From Macrostomum lignano (Eukaryota): a stretch of DNA of 64,000 nucleotides. Made by a program: the position numbers and the translations under genes. How positions within the stretch are numbered: the stretch's first letter is position 1; each line of letters opens with the position of its first letter. The stretch is taken from contig NIVC01002306.1 of NCBI GenBank assembly GCA_002269645.1, forward strand, positions 1 through 64,000, read 5' to 3'. This document shows positions 38,285 to 52,410 of the stretch, one piece after another. The notes under the pieces are model-generated. The model was not told where the DNA came from. It made no database searches and was given only the letters and a program-made list of their open reading frames with translations.

Positions 38285-40642
38285 ATCTATATCTATTTTA
38301 TATTACTAAACTAATTTTGCGCTGTATTCGTGCGTGCGTGCGTGCGTGCGTGCGTGTAATTGATTTTTTCGAGAATGGCTCAACCGATTCTCTTCAAACT
38401 TGCACCATTCGATCAGAAATTTTCCTGGGATGTTGAATGCATCTTGGCTAAGAAATTGATCAATATTAAAGGGATTAAATATTCGAAAAACATGATTTTC
38501 TGCGAAGGTCAAGCAGCTCTTTCGACCTGAAATGCATTGTAAGAATGCTAGAGAAAAACCTGACTGACTGAATTTCAATTCTGATAAAGATTGCATCACA
38601 GCAAGTTAAAAAAAAGTGCCAAAGAAATGCACACACGACTTGATTTAAATTGCGTAACCATATTTCTAACTTAAATTGAGACTGATACTGGCTGACTGAG
38701 AAATTGATTATGTCATAACTTTTTACTCTAACCGATTTGCTATAAGAATTGAATTATAAGGGCCACAATTCATGCTCTCCGATCGACAAGAGATAGCCTA
38801 GATGCGATCAGACTGGACTGCTAATTCAGCGACCTGGGTTCGAATCTTAGTAGTGCAAAATAATTTTTTTATTAAAACATCTTAAAAACAAAATGCTGAA
38901 CATAAAAGAGGCACAATGTCAAACAAAAGTGGCACCATTTCAAACATTAAAGGCCACCATGTCAAACATATATGACTCCATGTCTAACATTAAAGAGCCA
39001 CCATGTCGAACATAAAAGAGCCACTATGTCAAACATCAACGAGTCACCATGTCAAGCGTACATACATGACTTCATTTCAGACATTAAAGTGCCACCATGT
39101 CAAATATTAAAGAGCCACCATGTCAAGCGTATAAGTGACTCCATGTCAGACATTAAAGAGCCATCATTGCATACATTAAAGTGCCACCAGGTCAAACATT
39201 AAAAAGCCACAATGTCAAACACAAAACAGCTACCATGTCAAACATAAATGGGGTGCCTACTATCTTGGAGTGCTTGCTATCTGGAGATGCGTGCTATCTG
39301 GGGGTGCTTGCTATCTGGGGGTGCTTGCTATCTGGGGGTGCTTGCTATCTGGGGGTGCTTGCTATCTAAGGGTGCTTGCTATTAGGTGGATGCTTGCTAT
39401 CTGGGGTGCCTGCTATCTTGGAGTGCTTGCTATTAGGTGGATGCTTGCTATCTGGGGTGCCTGCTATCTGAGGGTGCTTGCTATCTGGGGGGTGCTTGCT
39501 ATCTAAGGGTGCTTGCTAACTGGGGGTGCTTGCTTTCTAAGGGTGCTTGCTATTAGGTGGATGCTTGCTATCTGGGGGTGCTTGCTATCTGGGGGTGCTT
39601 GCTATCTGGGGGTGCTTGCTATCTGGGGGTGCTTGCTATCTAAGGGTGCTTGCTATTAGGTGGATGCTTGCTATCTGGGGTGCCTGCTATCTTGGAGTGC
39701 TTGCTATTAGGTGGATGCTTGCTATCTGGGGTGCCTGCTATCTGAGGGTGCTTGCTATCTGGGGGGTGCTTGCTATCTAAGGGTGCTTGCTAACTGGGGG
39801 TGCTTGCTTTCTAAGGGTGCTTGCTATTAGGTGGATGCTTGCTATCTGGGGGTGCTTGCTATCTGGGGGTGCTTGCTATCTGGAGATGCTTGCTATCTGG
39901 GGGTGCTTGCTATCTGGGGGTGCTTGCTATCTGGGGGTGCTTGCTATCTGGGGGTGCTTGCTATCTAAGGGTGCTTGCTATTAGGTGGATGCTTGCTATC
40001 TGGGGTGCCTGCTATCTTGGAGTGCTTGCTATTAGGTGGATGCTTGCTATCTGGGGTGCCTGCTATCTGAGGGTGCTTGCTATCTGGGGGGTGCTTGCTA
40101 TCTAAGGGTGCTTGCTAACTGGGGGTGCTTGCTTTCTAAGGGTGCTTGCTATTAGGTGGATGCTTGCTATCTGGGGGTGCTTGCTATCTGGGGGTGCTTG
40201 CTATCTGGAGATGCTTGCTATCTGGGGGTGCTTGCTATCTGGGGGTGCTTGCTATCTGGGGGTGCTTGCTATCTGGGGGTGCTTGCTATCTGGAGATGCT
40301 TGCTATCTGGGGGTGCTTGCTATCTGGGGGTGCTTGCTATCTGGGGGTGCTTGCTATCTGGAGATGCTTGCTATCTGGGGGTGCTTGCTATCTGGGGGTG
40401 CTTGCTATCTGGGGGTGCTTGCTATCTGGAGATGCTTGCTATCTGGGGGTGCTTGCTATCTGGGGGTGCTTGCTATCTGGGGGGTTGCTTGCTGTCCTAG
40501 GATGTTTTCTTTTTGCATTGCACTTCATTTGAGCAGTTTTTCTATTGTCTATGTGAAGACTTTTTTGGCCGTCTTTTTGATACTTGTAGAGAGCCAGAGA
40601 TTCTATCTAGATGCCCCCCATCGGGGGGGCGAAGATTGCTAG
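38285..40642 (+). mobile_element. Non-autonomous Helitron, right-arm copy
   Basis: Hairpin at 40613-40630; CTAG at 40639-40642. Confidence 0.6.
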
Positions 40643-41360
40643 TTTCTACTATTTAGTTTTAATTTTCAAGCTGTCTGTACGCTCGTACTTGACACGATGT
40701 CGCATATTAATAAATCAAAACTTTGATTTACACTCTCAATAGGGCCGCCCCGCTTCAGCGGAGATCCGGAAAAATTTTAAGGTCAGAATTTGCTCTTTGG
40801 TGCCTGTGCGGGGGTTCGGGGGTTGGAGATGGTGTGTTGTTTTCTACCCTCTTTTCGGTAAAGAATGATGTACACTGTACTGATTGCATATTTTAGCGCT
40901 ATGAAGTGGGGAGAGGGGGTTCAAAAGCTGGAAATTTCTTAACGAACAAACTTTATATAACAAGAACTTACCATGCAGTAGCTTTCGGCTTTGGTTATAT
41001 TTCGAGCTTTTGAATGCATAAGTATCAGATAGCTTGCAGAAAGCTACGAGCGTACACAATAAGCAGTACCAACATTTCTGAGAACAGATGCGAGCTGACT
41101 ATCCTGAGTGACGGCAATGGTGCTGATGACGCTAATAAAAAGAGGCAGAGAAGAGAAAAAAACAGAGAAAAGACACTCTTGAAGCCTTCGGGGTCTGGAA
41201 ACAGCAGAAATATACGAGTATATATTCGTAAGCGGACAGCAGGTTTCTGCCCCAGCTGTATCCGACATTATACTGCATTATTCTTCGCTAATTTTTGCCA
41301 TCGCAGTTTCTCTTGAAGAAATAATAGTTTGAATTCGAGCTAACTAAAAAACACTAACAG

Positions 41361-41582
41361 TGGCTTCTCAACCTTATGAATTTAATGGTACATCGAGCGC
41401 CAATATCGATCCCAGCGTCGGTAATGGCGCTGATCGCAACGGTTCAGACGATGAAGAAGGAGGCTTAACGTCTTTGACTTCATCGGCAGATCTAGGGCAC
41501 GGCAGCGAAGTAGAAGATGATTCAAGAAGCGACGCAAATCGCGTCACCAACCCTGCCAGCATCCCATCTGAATCTACTATAG
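41361..41582 (+). CDS. Paralog B upstream exon, right-arm copy
   Basis: Mirror of 21027-21248. Confidence 0.65.
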
Positions 41583-42384
41583 GTGAAGTGATCTTAATTT
41601 AAGCATGTTATGCCCGATGTTAGTCTAATGCGAACTTCAGAAGGTTTTTCTATCAGGAAAGTACAGCACATGCTTGTGCGGCGGTAAAGATTCCCATGTG
41701 TGAAGCGAACACCAATGAAATGCGTTATAGAAATCTTATATGTACTTGCGTTCAGTGAGAATGAAGCTCTGCCTCCTCTCCTCAGCTCCCTAGCTTGCCT
41801 CCTCTCCGCCTCCCTTTGCCCCCACTCCCGCTACTCCTCTACTCTTGGGGGGGGGCATCACAAACCCGAAATATCATAACATAATAACTCCAAAGTTCTA
41901 GCAATGTCCAACACTATTTTGGTTTTGGTTTTCGGAGTTATGATATTTCGATCGGGTTTGTGACATTTCGGGTTTAGCTCGTATGATAGGCGTTGCTAAC
42001 ACTTTCGGAGTTATGATATTTTGGGTTTATGATATTTCGGGTTTATAATGGGAAGTGCTTTTGGAGTTATGATTTTTTTGGGTTTATGATGGCGACCCTC
42101 TGGACACACGTCAAGATATCGAAGTACTCGTGCAACAGTATCGATAAGTAGCCTGTGGCTCTCATTTTCACTGAATTGCTCAATACATTTGCCAGACTAA
42201 TATCTATCTGACATTGCAACCATCAGCAACTAGAAACAAACATATTTGTTGAGGGTTAAAGATCGAGAGAAACATATCGAACCATCGACTTATTTAATTG
42301 ACTAGAAGTATAGACGCTTAGAGACATCGTCAAAGAGAGACGGAAGAATAAGAGAGAGGGAAACACACCTAAAACATTTTATAG

Positions 42385-43054
42385 CATAGGCGTAGGAACG
42401 GGGGGCCAGTGGGCCATGGCCCCCACTTTTTAAACGTAATATGTAGACTTCTTGCTTATTTTTGGTTTTTGCTGCTTTGCATGAATACATTTTGCTGCAG
42501 GGCGACAAAACATAGCGCCTGCGGCGCCAAAATGAGTGCCTGTGGCGCTAAAATGAGTGCCTGCAGCGCTAAAATGAGTGCCTGCGGCGCTAAAATGAGT
42601 GCCTGCAGCGCTAAAATGAGTGCCTGCAGCGCTAAAATGAGTGCCTGCGGCGCTAAAATGAGTGCCTGCAGCGCTAAAATGAGTGCCTGCGGCGCTAAAA
42701 TGAGTGCCTGCAGCGCTAAAATGAGTGCCTGTGGCGCTAAAATGAGTGCCTGCGGCGCTAAAATGAGTGCCTGCAGCGCTAAAATGAGTGCCTGCGGCGC
42801 TAAAATGAGTGCCTGCAGCGCTAAAATGAGTGCCTGCAGCGCTAAAATGAGTGCCTGCGGCGCCAAAATGAGTGCCTGTGGCGCTTTATAAAATGAGTGC
42901 TGACAAGATGGGTTCTGAAAATAATTGGTACATGATAATGGGCATTTTCCATATAAAAAAGCTAACTCGACGAAGGCGTGCACCCTATGCGCCCCCCCTA
43001 AATCCGTCACTGAACCTGCCCCCCCCCACTTTTTGAAACGTTCCTACGCCTATG
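42385..43054. mobile_element. hAT-type MITE, right-arm copy
   Basis: Same TIRs; TSD TTTTATAG at 42377-42384 and 43055-43062. Confidence 0.9.
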
Positions 43055-43062
43055 TTTTATAG

Positions 43063-43274
43063 GCCTGATGCAGTCAAACGACAGCGGATTTGGCAGCCTA
43101 AATATCGAGGCCCTTGTTGCATCCGCTGCCGCCGCCGCATCCGTTGCTGCCGCCTACTCTGAAGCAGCCCCTACAGGTCAACAGGAGATGCAGCGCAATA
43201 AAAATCTTGGCCATCAGGTTGTGCGCTACATAGCCAGAGACCGGCGCCAACAGCGAACTTTGAACCCCCCCTAA
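43063..43274 (+). CDS. Paralog B downstream exon, right-arm copy
   Basis: Mirror of the left exon. A C7 run (8 in the left arm) gives an earlier stop after LNPP. Confidence 0.6.
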
Positions 43275-43327
43275 TTGATTTTCAAATGTCCATCATCCAT
43301 CATGTATCTATAGTTTTTAACGAACTA

Positions 43328-44097
43328 CGAGGGGTGTCCTAAAAGTAGTGGGAATTTTCAGCCTAACTCATAGTTGGATTCAGATAGATTAATGGCTTTG
43401 ACGTTAAATGAAGGCGACTTTATCTATATATACCATACTTTTTGAACTTTGTAACTATTTACCGTCATTCAGAAGTTATGTCAAATCTACGACGTAGTAC
43501 TGTGCCCCTGGCTATAGCTTACAGAAACTAAAAAACAGGTATATTCCGGAAAAAAATGATAATCAATCTGTAAGAGCATATCCATTATAGTTCTTAACAT
43601 GACAGTCAAATTCGCGATCAAATATCCTTGTCTTTAGGGATTGAAACCTTCTCCATGTAGTCATCGTTGCAGTTGACGCATTTCTCCCAGCGAATGCGCA
43701 GTGAATCAATGGCATGCGCGTACTGCTCCTTGGGAATCGCATAAGCAAGGAGTCACCGAACCTCTTCTTTCAGGCAGTGACGTTTGACGTAGACGTTGCT
43801 TCTTAGCAGCTCCTTCAGCCTCGGAAAAAAGACAAAAATCTGCTGGCGCCAAGTCAGGCGAGTAAGGTGGGTGAGGCAGGAGTTCAAACTTCATGCGTTG
43901 AATTGCCTTCACTGTCCTTGAAGCCGTGTGTGGTCGGGCATTGTCATGGTGGAGCATTGGTGGATTGATTAAGTCATTTTCTGTAAGCGATACGCAAGGG
44001 CTTAGTACTAGATTGGACATAACTTCTGAATGCCGGTGGTAGATATTTACAAAATTCAAAAAGTATGTTGTAGATAGATGAAGTAAGACTACCCTCG
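43328..44097 (-). mobile_element. Mariner relic, right-arm copy
   Basis: Mirror of 18515-19279, with several percent substitutions. Confidence 0.9.
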
Positions 44098-45162
44098 TAA
44101 GACTATAAATAAGTCATGCAACTGATCGGTTTTACCTCTAACTACGGTATACGTTTCTTATTGATAAAATAGAATAGACAATAGGTAGATTTGATCGATA
44201 TTTACTTGCGTTATCAAACGGGATCATGATTTTTATGTTATATTTAAATTGAACAAAGTTCCCCCTAAAAACATTCGGTTAACATTCGAGTTGCGTTTAA
44301 CGTTATAATGCTTTTCCTCTATTCACCTCTTGTTGTAATAGTCATTTCGCGATTGCTAATATTTTCACGTTAAATTACTTTTTTATAGCTTTTTGACGTA
44401 TAAATTTGGTGCAGCCAAAGAGCCTTAAGGCTTCAGGACTTATTTCGGAAGCTTGAGCAGCTCTCTAAACCTGGAGGCTGTGCTTCATCACTAGTGGCAT
44501 CACTGGCTGCCATGATCACATGATTTTCACTAGTTGCATTCATATATGTTTAACAAAGCCAGGGGTCGGCAAACTTTTTACCTCCAGGGCCAGATGGAGA
44601 ACCCAGCGCATGACTGCGGGTCAGAGGAGGGGAGAGAGGAGAGAGAATGGAGGAAAAGAAATAGGAGAAAGGAGAGGCAAAGGAATGAGATGAGATGAGA
44701 GGAGATATCGAATAGGAGAGGAGAGGAGAGGGGAGATGAAATAAGAGAATGTACTTGCTTTCGGATTTTCCCCCGGAATTAATGTTTTTTTATAATAAGC
44801 GGGGCTCGTTATTCCACGAAGCTGTCAGCTGACCCATTTTCTTCATTTCTCTCCATTGTTATTCGTACATAATTCAAAAATAGTCTAGTCACGCGCTGAC
44901 TGAATGTAAATTTACTAAATTTGTTTATATACAATACGTGGGTGGACTGTCTGACCTTGAAAAGAATTTCGTACGTACCCGTTGTTAGCCAACGAATTGG
45001 CCGCTAGATACAGAGTGGAGCTACAAACAGGGGGTAATGTACGACACATATGCACACCCCATTGAGCGTTATACAGAAATCTATTTTCGTACTACCTACT
45101 AATTGGTTCTGAGTTTATACATACATTGAAGCAAAATGGATGTCACAAGTTTTTCTATCTAG

Positions 45163-45559
45163 TCATCATCCGGAAAGCACAACTCTATCTGCAAGCTCTG
45201 CCGTTGCGTCCAAGATCATCGGAATATTCATGGCATTAAACTCGGCTGGTTTAACAGAGACGACAATCGTAGACGAAGGAATCGATGACAGCGCATCGTC
45301 TTCGTTGACTTCATCAACAGATTTGGGACACGGCAGCGAAGTCGACGACAGGGTCGGGAGCGGCGGCGCAGACCAGTGCGCCGTCACGAATCCTGCCAGC
45401 GTCCTGCCCGACGAGGAAGTGAGCTGGATGCTGTCCAACGACAGCGGCTTCGACCAGCCGCCGGAGGGTCAGACTAAGAAAAGTCTGGCTCGGCAGATTC
45501 TGCACTACATGGCCAAGAGCCGACGTAGGCATCGGCAGTCTTCGAGACCGACGGCGTGA
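45163..45559 (+). CDS. Paralog A, right-arm copy
   Basis: Mirror of 16640-17036; frame intact. Confidence 0.7.
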
Positions 45560-48420
45560 CACCAAAACGGAGAACTGATCTGCTGCGTTCCTAGAAATGG
45601 GACATCTGGTGCGATCTCCGAACTTCGATGACCTTTGAACCTTGGAAACCCTCAAACCCTCAATGTTTATTCATTATTCGTAGGAGTGTACTTTAATCAC
45701 GTGTTGTCTTTCTCTACCAACCATTTAGGTCTGGCTTTAAAAATCTCGTTCAGTCTTTAGAATAAACCCTTTTGGTCATACCGTTTGAGTAATTCATTAA
45801 CTCTCTGTACAAACTGTACATTCAGGCCAGCTGTACATACAAGTACGCTATACCAGGCGTCCTTCATTATGGTCTTGAAAGCGTATTTTGGGTGTTGTTT
45901 TCGTCGCCTTTTTGACCAGCCGCTGTACAAATTTACTCCGACTTAGTCAGCTGACATTCTGCAGTATGCCTGTTCCTGTTCATTTTACCGTCAACATATC
46001 GGCTATATTTAATTTCAATTGAGTATTCTATAAGTTAATATTTTCCCTCAACCTACCTGCGGCTCGTCCCTATTAAGTACGAAACTGTTGTCAATGCTTA
46101 TCAGTTTGTATTCAAAATTCATTCGGGTCTCGTAATTCTGAGTGCAAATAAGTGTATATAGCATAATGCGTATCACGCTACTGAATTCATTTAAACGCTG
46201 TAGGTACTCGTACATGGAGGACTTCATTTGACTATAATAAACTCTGATAAATAAGCTTTTCAGTTTGAATTTGTTTTAATTTCATGCGGAAGATACATGT
46301 AATGCAAAAACGTAAACGTTTGTTTATTTACAATCAATCATTTTTAAAACGCAACGGATGATAACAGGATGTGGACAGTTGTATGGATATTTCAATGAAT
46401 CGCTGAAAAAGATCTCGGCCTATTCAGTTCAATATGTTTTTTCTCAGCTTTTTGAGTAACCAGCCTCTGGCAGCTGGACGGCCGCTTCATCTGGGTCCAG
46501 CGCAGCTTGAGTCGCAACTGCAGCTGGCCGTTGAGCAGCTGCCAGACTCCGTGCAGCTCTGGAAACGCCGGCCTCTGGAAACACGTCGCCAGAATCGCGA
46601 TGTCTTTGGCTTCGCGGCTGGGCCCGACGCCGCCAATGCGACAGAGCTCGAGTCGATGCCACGCCGTGTTCAGTGAGCTGCCGATGCTCCGAGACACCAC
46701 GGCGGAGAGGCTTTGTGGCAGATGGGACAGCACTGAGTTGCTCATGTTCGCTGCTTTCTACAATAGTTTTTGACAAACAATTTTGCCTTTTGCTTGCTAC
46801 ACTGGCTTTAAGATATAGCTGCAGCTTGCATAGATATGCAGCATATGCAGTATCTGCGCAAGGGTATGTTGTACCCAACCACGTGATAGCACGTGACAGT
46901 GCTAGCTATACAGCAACAACAATATTTTGCGCTTGAATTCTCGTTCTATTGTACTTGATTCGTTGAGTAAGTGGGGTAGTTTCGAGTACTTGACATGTAC
47001 TTCCTATACCAGTAGCGATCTAAATTTAAATTCGTTTAAAACTTAAGGGTGACGTTTCAGCCAAGGACTACCCTCAAGTAGAAGAGCTGGCAACTAGACG
47101 TTTCTTGGAAAAAAATTTGGGTGGCAGTTTTCCGAATAATACACTACGGAGATAGGCAGTTTTCATTTTTTCAGCACAAAAATTGTTATTGCTTTCGATA
47201 GGAGGCAGACACAGTGTTAATCTTTTGGTATGTCTTGCCTTTCTTATAGCTCCATTGATATTTATAGATCTTTTCGTTCAGAAAATTATGATTCTGTTTA
47301 CTAACCTGTCTCCTGAAATTTTTCAAGAAGCGTCGTATCCCGTCCTACTTGAGTGGCCCTTGATTTAAGCCTGTATGAATATAGGAATACGCTTAGTGAT
47401 TCAGGATGGTGTGTTTATCGTCTGTGGAAATCTTAGCTTGGCTCGGAAGCATCCAAAATAGACAGACGGTTTGTGTCAGGTGACTAAGAGTAGACACTCC
47501 CTGACCTCTAACAGACTAGAGATTCACTGCACGCTTCACTCGTGGCCTTCAATTCTAATTTTACTACAGATGCTAAAAAAGGCTATAGATGGGCTACTTG
47601 GACATATACAGGTGTGCTTAGTGCAACAGCAATGTAGAATGCTAGGGCAGGAGCCGGCAAACTCCGGCCGCATGCGGCCCGCCAAGCCTCATGCATTCCA
47701 CCTCGCTGTTTCACCAATTATACGAGTATGTGACCAAGTAGCCCATGTAGTTGTTTTAACATCTGTGGTCCAAATTAGAATGGTAGGCCACCAGTGAAAC
47801 GTGCAGTGAATCTCTATAGTCTGCTCTGTTTGTCACCTGACACAAACGGTCTGTCTATTTTGGATGCTTCCGAACTGTGTAAAATTAGCACAAAAGGTTA
47901 TCTGTTTAACCTTCTACTCAAATTGGAGAGTAGATTACACACAAAATAGCTCATCTAAGAGTAAGTATATGTATAATTAGACCCGCATTTCTAGGTTATA
48001 AAAAAGCTTAGATTATCATCTACGAACGCTTCTACTGCTACTGAAAGTAATTCTATCAATTTTTAATGTAGAAATTTTTCAGACGAGTAAAAATGCCAGC
48101 TAGTCTTCAAAGCTTCTCTAAGAAAGAACCCCCTCTTGAAATTAAGTTGCTCTTGGTTTTTATGTCCAATCGATGGTGGTACTTATAGTATCATATTTGA
48201 ACTCTTTTAAGACTGATCTCGATTATAATTTATAAGGGGGGTTTAGTAATCTATAAGAGTACTACCATTGGCTACGCTTTACTCGTGACCTGAAACTCGT
48301 ACAACCAATCAGAACTCGGTGCAGCGATAATTCTGCCACGAAGAAATGGCGGTAGAGCTGCGCTGCTGGTGAGCAGACATGTAGCTAAACCTTATACGGT
48401 ATATGGCCACCGGTCTGCAG

Positions 48421-48508
48421 GCTTCTGGCTTCTTGCAAACATCAGTTTTGGTTCGAATTTCTACTGACCGACTCAAAATCGAGGTGCTGCTCGAGAGTCT
48501 TCGGCATG
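48421..48508 (+). CDS. Probable ATG exon of the calmodulin-like gene, right-arm copy
   Basis: ctgcag acceptor at 48420; ATG at 48506-48508 followed by gtgagc. Confidence 0.6.
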
Positions 48509-51500
48509 GTGAGCAAACTTCTCCACTTTACTGCATTTAGTTAACGCATGAGTGCTAAAGCCTATGAAATCTTTAAAATGTTATGGTATGTTAGACCTTG
48601 GAAACTTGCTACCTTAGATCTCGTGAAGAGGGTAGCTTAGACCTCAGGATTTGAGGGGCGTAGACCTCGAGAATTGGGGAGCTTAGATCTCAGGATTTGT
48701 GGGACTTGGATCTCAGCTTAGACCTCAGGATTTGAGGGGCGTAGACCTCGAGAATTGGGGAGCTTAGATCTCAGGATTTGTGGGGCTTGGATTTCAGCTT
48801 AGACCTCGGGATTTGTGAGGCTTAGACCTCAGGATTTGTGGGACTTGGATCTCAGGAATCGGGTAGCTTAGATCTCAGGATTTGTGGGGCTTGGATCTCA
48901 GCTTAGACCTCAGTATTTGTGGAGCTTGGATCTCAGGAATCGGATAGCTTAGATCTCGAGAATTGAGTTGCTTGGACCTCAGGATCTTTTACATTGTAGA
49001 TGGTATGGAAAAAATAGTTAAAGTAAACCGAAATTCAGTTAACGGCGCGGCACCGGCAGCATCATATAGTTATGAATTTAATTGGTTTTTGATATGAACC
49101 TTGCATCGAAGCTAAATACGATCTTGTAACTTCCTAAGAATGAAAGGTGGCCAGTCAAGCACAAAGTCTGGGAAACTCGGACTTCTTCATGAAAGACTTT
49201 CAAAAAGATTCTTCACGACCACTCGAAATTTTTCTATTAGATAGAATGCTCGTGAACCCTCGCTCAGAATTTCATCAAGTCATCCTCGTGTTGACCTCTT
49301 TCTCTGAAACTGCTTCCGCTCTTATTGGCCCGCTCTGTATTGCGGCGGGAATATACTGCAGCTTCCTAGCTTGATGAGGCTTGGGGCCCGGAAGCGGCGC
49401 TGACAGGCCCGGCCAACAATGCACCCAACGGGCGCGAGAGGGAAATCGGGATGTGAGAAATTCAAGCAGGTCCAGCTTCCTCCTGCTTAGAAGAATCTGA
49501 GCAATAGGCCCTGGCTGAGAAACTCCGTTTGCAGTTGCTAGTCAGAGGTTAATTGCTGCAGGGGAGTAAAATTATTAGCAAGAGTATTGGCGTCCCATTC
49601 TGCTTCCATCCATAATTGATTTGTAAGCTAAAATTGTTTCTTCTGTGCATCAGGTGCACTTTTTCTTGCCGATGTCTTCTGTGGCTTTCGGATCCCGATA
49701 CGAGTGCACACCCTGCTCACTGTCCGGTGCAAAATTGGGATGATGAATTGGCTAAGCTAGCAACACATCCTACTGGTAAGACATCTGGCTAGCAACACAT
49801 CCTACTGGTAAGACATCCGGCTAGCAACACATCCTACTGGTAAGACATCCGGCTAGCAACACATCCTACTGGTAAGACATCCGGCTAGCAACACATCTGG
49901 CTAGCAACACATCCTACTGGTAAGACATCCGGCTAGCAACACATCCGGATAGCAACAAATCCAGATAGCAACACATCCGGATAGCAACACATCCGGATAG
50001 CAACACATCCGGATAGCAACACATCCAGATAGCAACACATCCGAATAGCAACACATCCGGATAGCAACACATCCGGATAGCAACACATCCGGATAGCAAC
50101 AAATCCAGATAGCAACACATCCGAATAGCAACACATCCGGATAGCAACACATCCGGATAGCAACAAATCCAGATAGCAACAAATCCAGATAGCAACACAT
50201 CCGGATAGCAACACATCCGGATAGCAACAAATCCAGATAGCAACAAATCCAGATAGCAACACATCCGGATAGCAACACATCCGGATAGCAACAAATCCAG
50301 ATAGCAACAAATCCAGATAGCAACACATCCGGATAGCAACACATCCGGATAGCAACACATCCGGATAGCAACACATCCGGATAGAAACACATCCGGATAG
50401 CAACACATCCGGATAGCAACACATCCGGATAGCAACACATCCGGATAGCAACACATCCGGATAGCAACAAATCCAGATAGCAACACATTCGGATAGCAAC
50501 AAATCTAACTAGCAAGCTTCGTAGACCCCACATGGCGCTGAGCTAAAAACAGCTGCACCAACGAACTCTGCAGGTCATAATCCAGCCGCAGAAGATGGTC
50601 GGAGCACGTTTCGCCCACAAAGCTAAATATTCATATATCTAGCAACTGTATAACCCATGGGCTAGGCGTCAGGACTTCTTATAGGCCCTCTAACGATAAA
50701 AGAGACCCGTCTTAAAAGTTCGGTCGGGCTTATCATCATCAATAGGCCTGGCAATCTGGCGCAAGAGTGACGGCGGCAGATTAAAAGTGTTGTTCACCTG
50801 AGCCCGGCTAAGTTAGGGAGGGAAGGGAGGGAGGGAATCGAGGCTGCACAGATGTGGAAATTCCGCAGAAGAGTAAACAGTGCGAAGCGGAATAATTCAA
50901 TTCGGTTTTTTTCCACAAGCACCAAGTCAGAAGCAACCAAGTAAGAAATGGCAAAAGGTAGGTTTTTCGGCTACTGGAAAAAAGACTTACTAGTATACTT
51001 TATCTTAAAAAAAAGCTTTTCTTATTTATGGCTTGGTTAATCAGCTTTAATATCGAGGCAAGTCGATTAAGTACTTTTAACAAGTCATGAAAGATTTATT
51101 TTGCTCCCCTATCTCCCCCATCTACCCTATCTTCCCCATCTTCCCTATCTCCTCTATCTCACCCATCTCATCCATCTCCCCTATCTCCCCTATCTCCCTT
51201 ATCTCCGTTATCTCCCCTATCTCCTCTATCTCCTTATCTCCCTTATCTCCCGTATCTACTCCATCTCCCCTATCTCTTATCTCCCCTATCCCCCCATCTC
51301 CATCTTCCCCATCTCACCTATCTCCTCTATCTGCCCCATCTCATCTATCTCCCTTATCTCCTCTATCCCCCCTATCTCATCCATCTTACCTATCTCCTCC
51401 ATCTACACCATCTCCCCCATCTCCCCTATCTCCCCTATCTCCCTAATCGGGAATTTGCCATAAATTTAACACCAGCCGTACATGACTTTGCACTACAGTA

Positions 51501-52137
51501 TTCTGGAACAACTTCCGTCCGTAAACCTTTGGTCCGATGCCGCCAGAAAACACGCGCGGACGCACGTGCCTTTGAGCAGCAGAAATTGCCGACAATTTTC
51601 TGCGCGACAAAAATATTGCCCGCCCTGTCAGGCAAATGCACGAGCATAAATTACAGATTGCATGGTTGGGAATTGGTTGACTAGGTGATTTATGCTAGCC
51701 CCAGCTCCGAGGGTTCTAGTGAGTAGGGCTTAGCAACTCTTCACCCCAGGCAGATCTGCAATAATCTTCCATTTTTCGATTGTGGAATAACAGTCAGTAT
51801 TTGCTCTGGTTGCCAGCAGACCGAGTCCTCTATTTCTTCTTGTCGTACCTGGATGAGGCGGTGAAAGCTGATCAGGGCCTGAGTAGGAGGCTGGAATATT
51901 CGTGTGTTCCGATAGGAAATCTGTGTAGCTAAAAGTACTTTAAGAGAGTGCATTTACTCTGAATCCTGCCGGTCCAGCAGCGCTGCTAAGTGGTGCAGTT
52001 TTTCAATATCAACAGCGATAGCCGAGGAAATCTATGCTAATCAGCTGCTGCCGGTGATCAATCCGGAGCGGCTCCATTTGCATTTTCTTGCCAACTTGGC
52101 GGTAATAATACAGCTGACTGCCCTGATTGCATTGCAG

Positions 52138-52168
52138 AGTAGGAAGCTCACGGAGAGCCAGCTGGCTG
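52138..52168 (+). CDS. Calmodulin-like 31-nt exon, right-arm copy
   Basis: ttgcag|agt agg aag ctc acg gag agc cag ctg gct g|gtgagt. Confidence 0.88.
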
Positions 52169-52199
52169 GTGAGTGCAGCTCTATCTATCTATCTATCTG

Positions 52200-52257
<58 letters not shown>

Positions 52258-52266
52258 CATCCGCAG

Positions 52267-52410
52267 AAATCCGCGAGTCATTCGCACTTTTTGACAAGAA
52301 TGGTGACGGCAGCATCAGCGCTGAGGAGCTCGGAGAGGTGATGAAGACTCTGGGTCAGTTTCCCAACGCAGACGAGTTGCAAGACATGATGCGACAGGTG
52401 GACGAGGACG
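52267..52410 (+). CDS. Calmodulin-like 144-nt exon, right-arm copy
   Basis: ccgcag|aa atc cgc gag...gac gag gac g|gtgagt. The joined N-terminus matches canonical calmodulin at about 35 of the first 60 residues (aligned by eye). Confidence 0.93.
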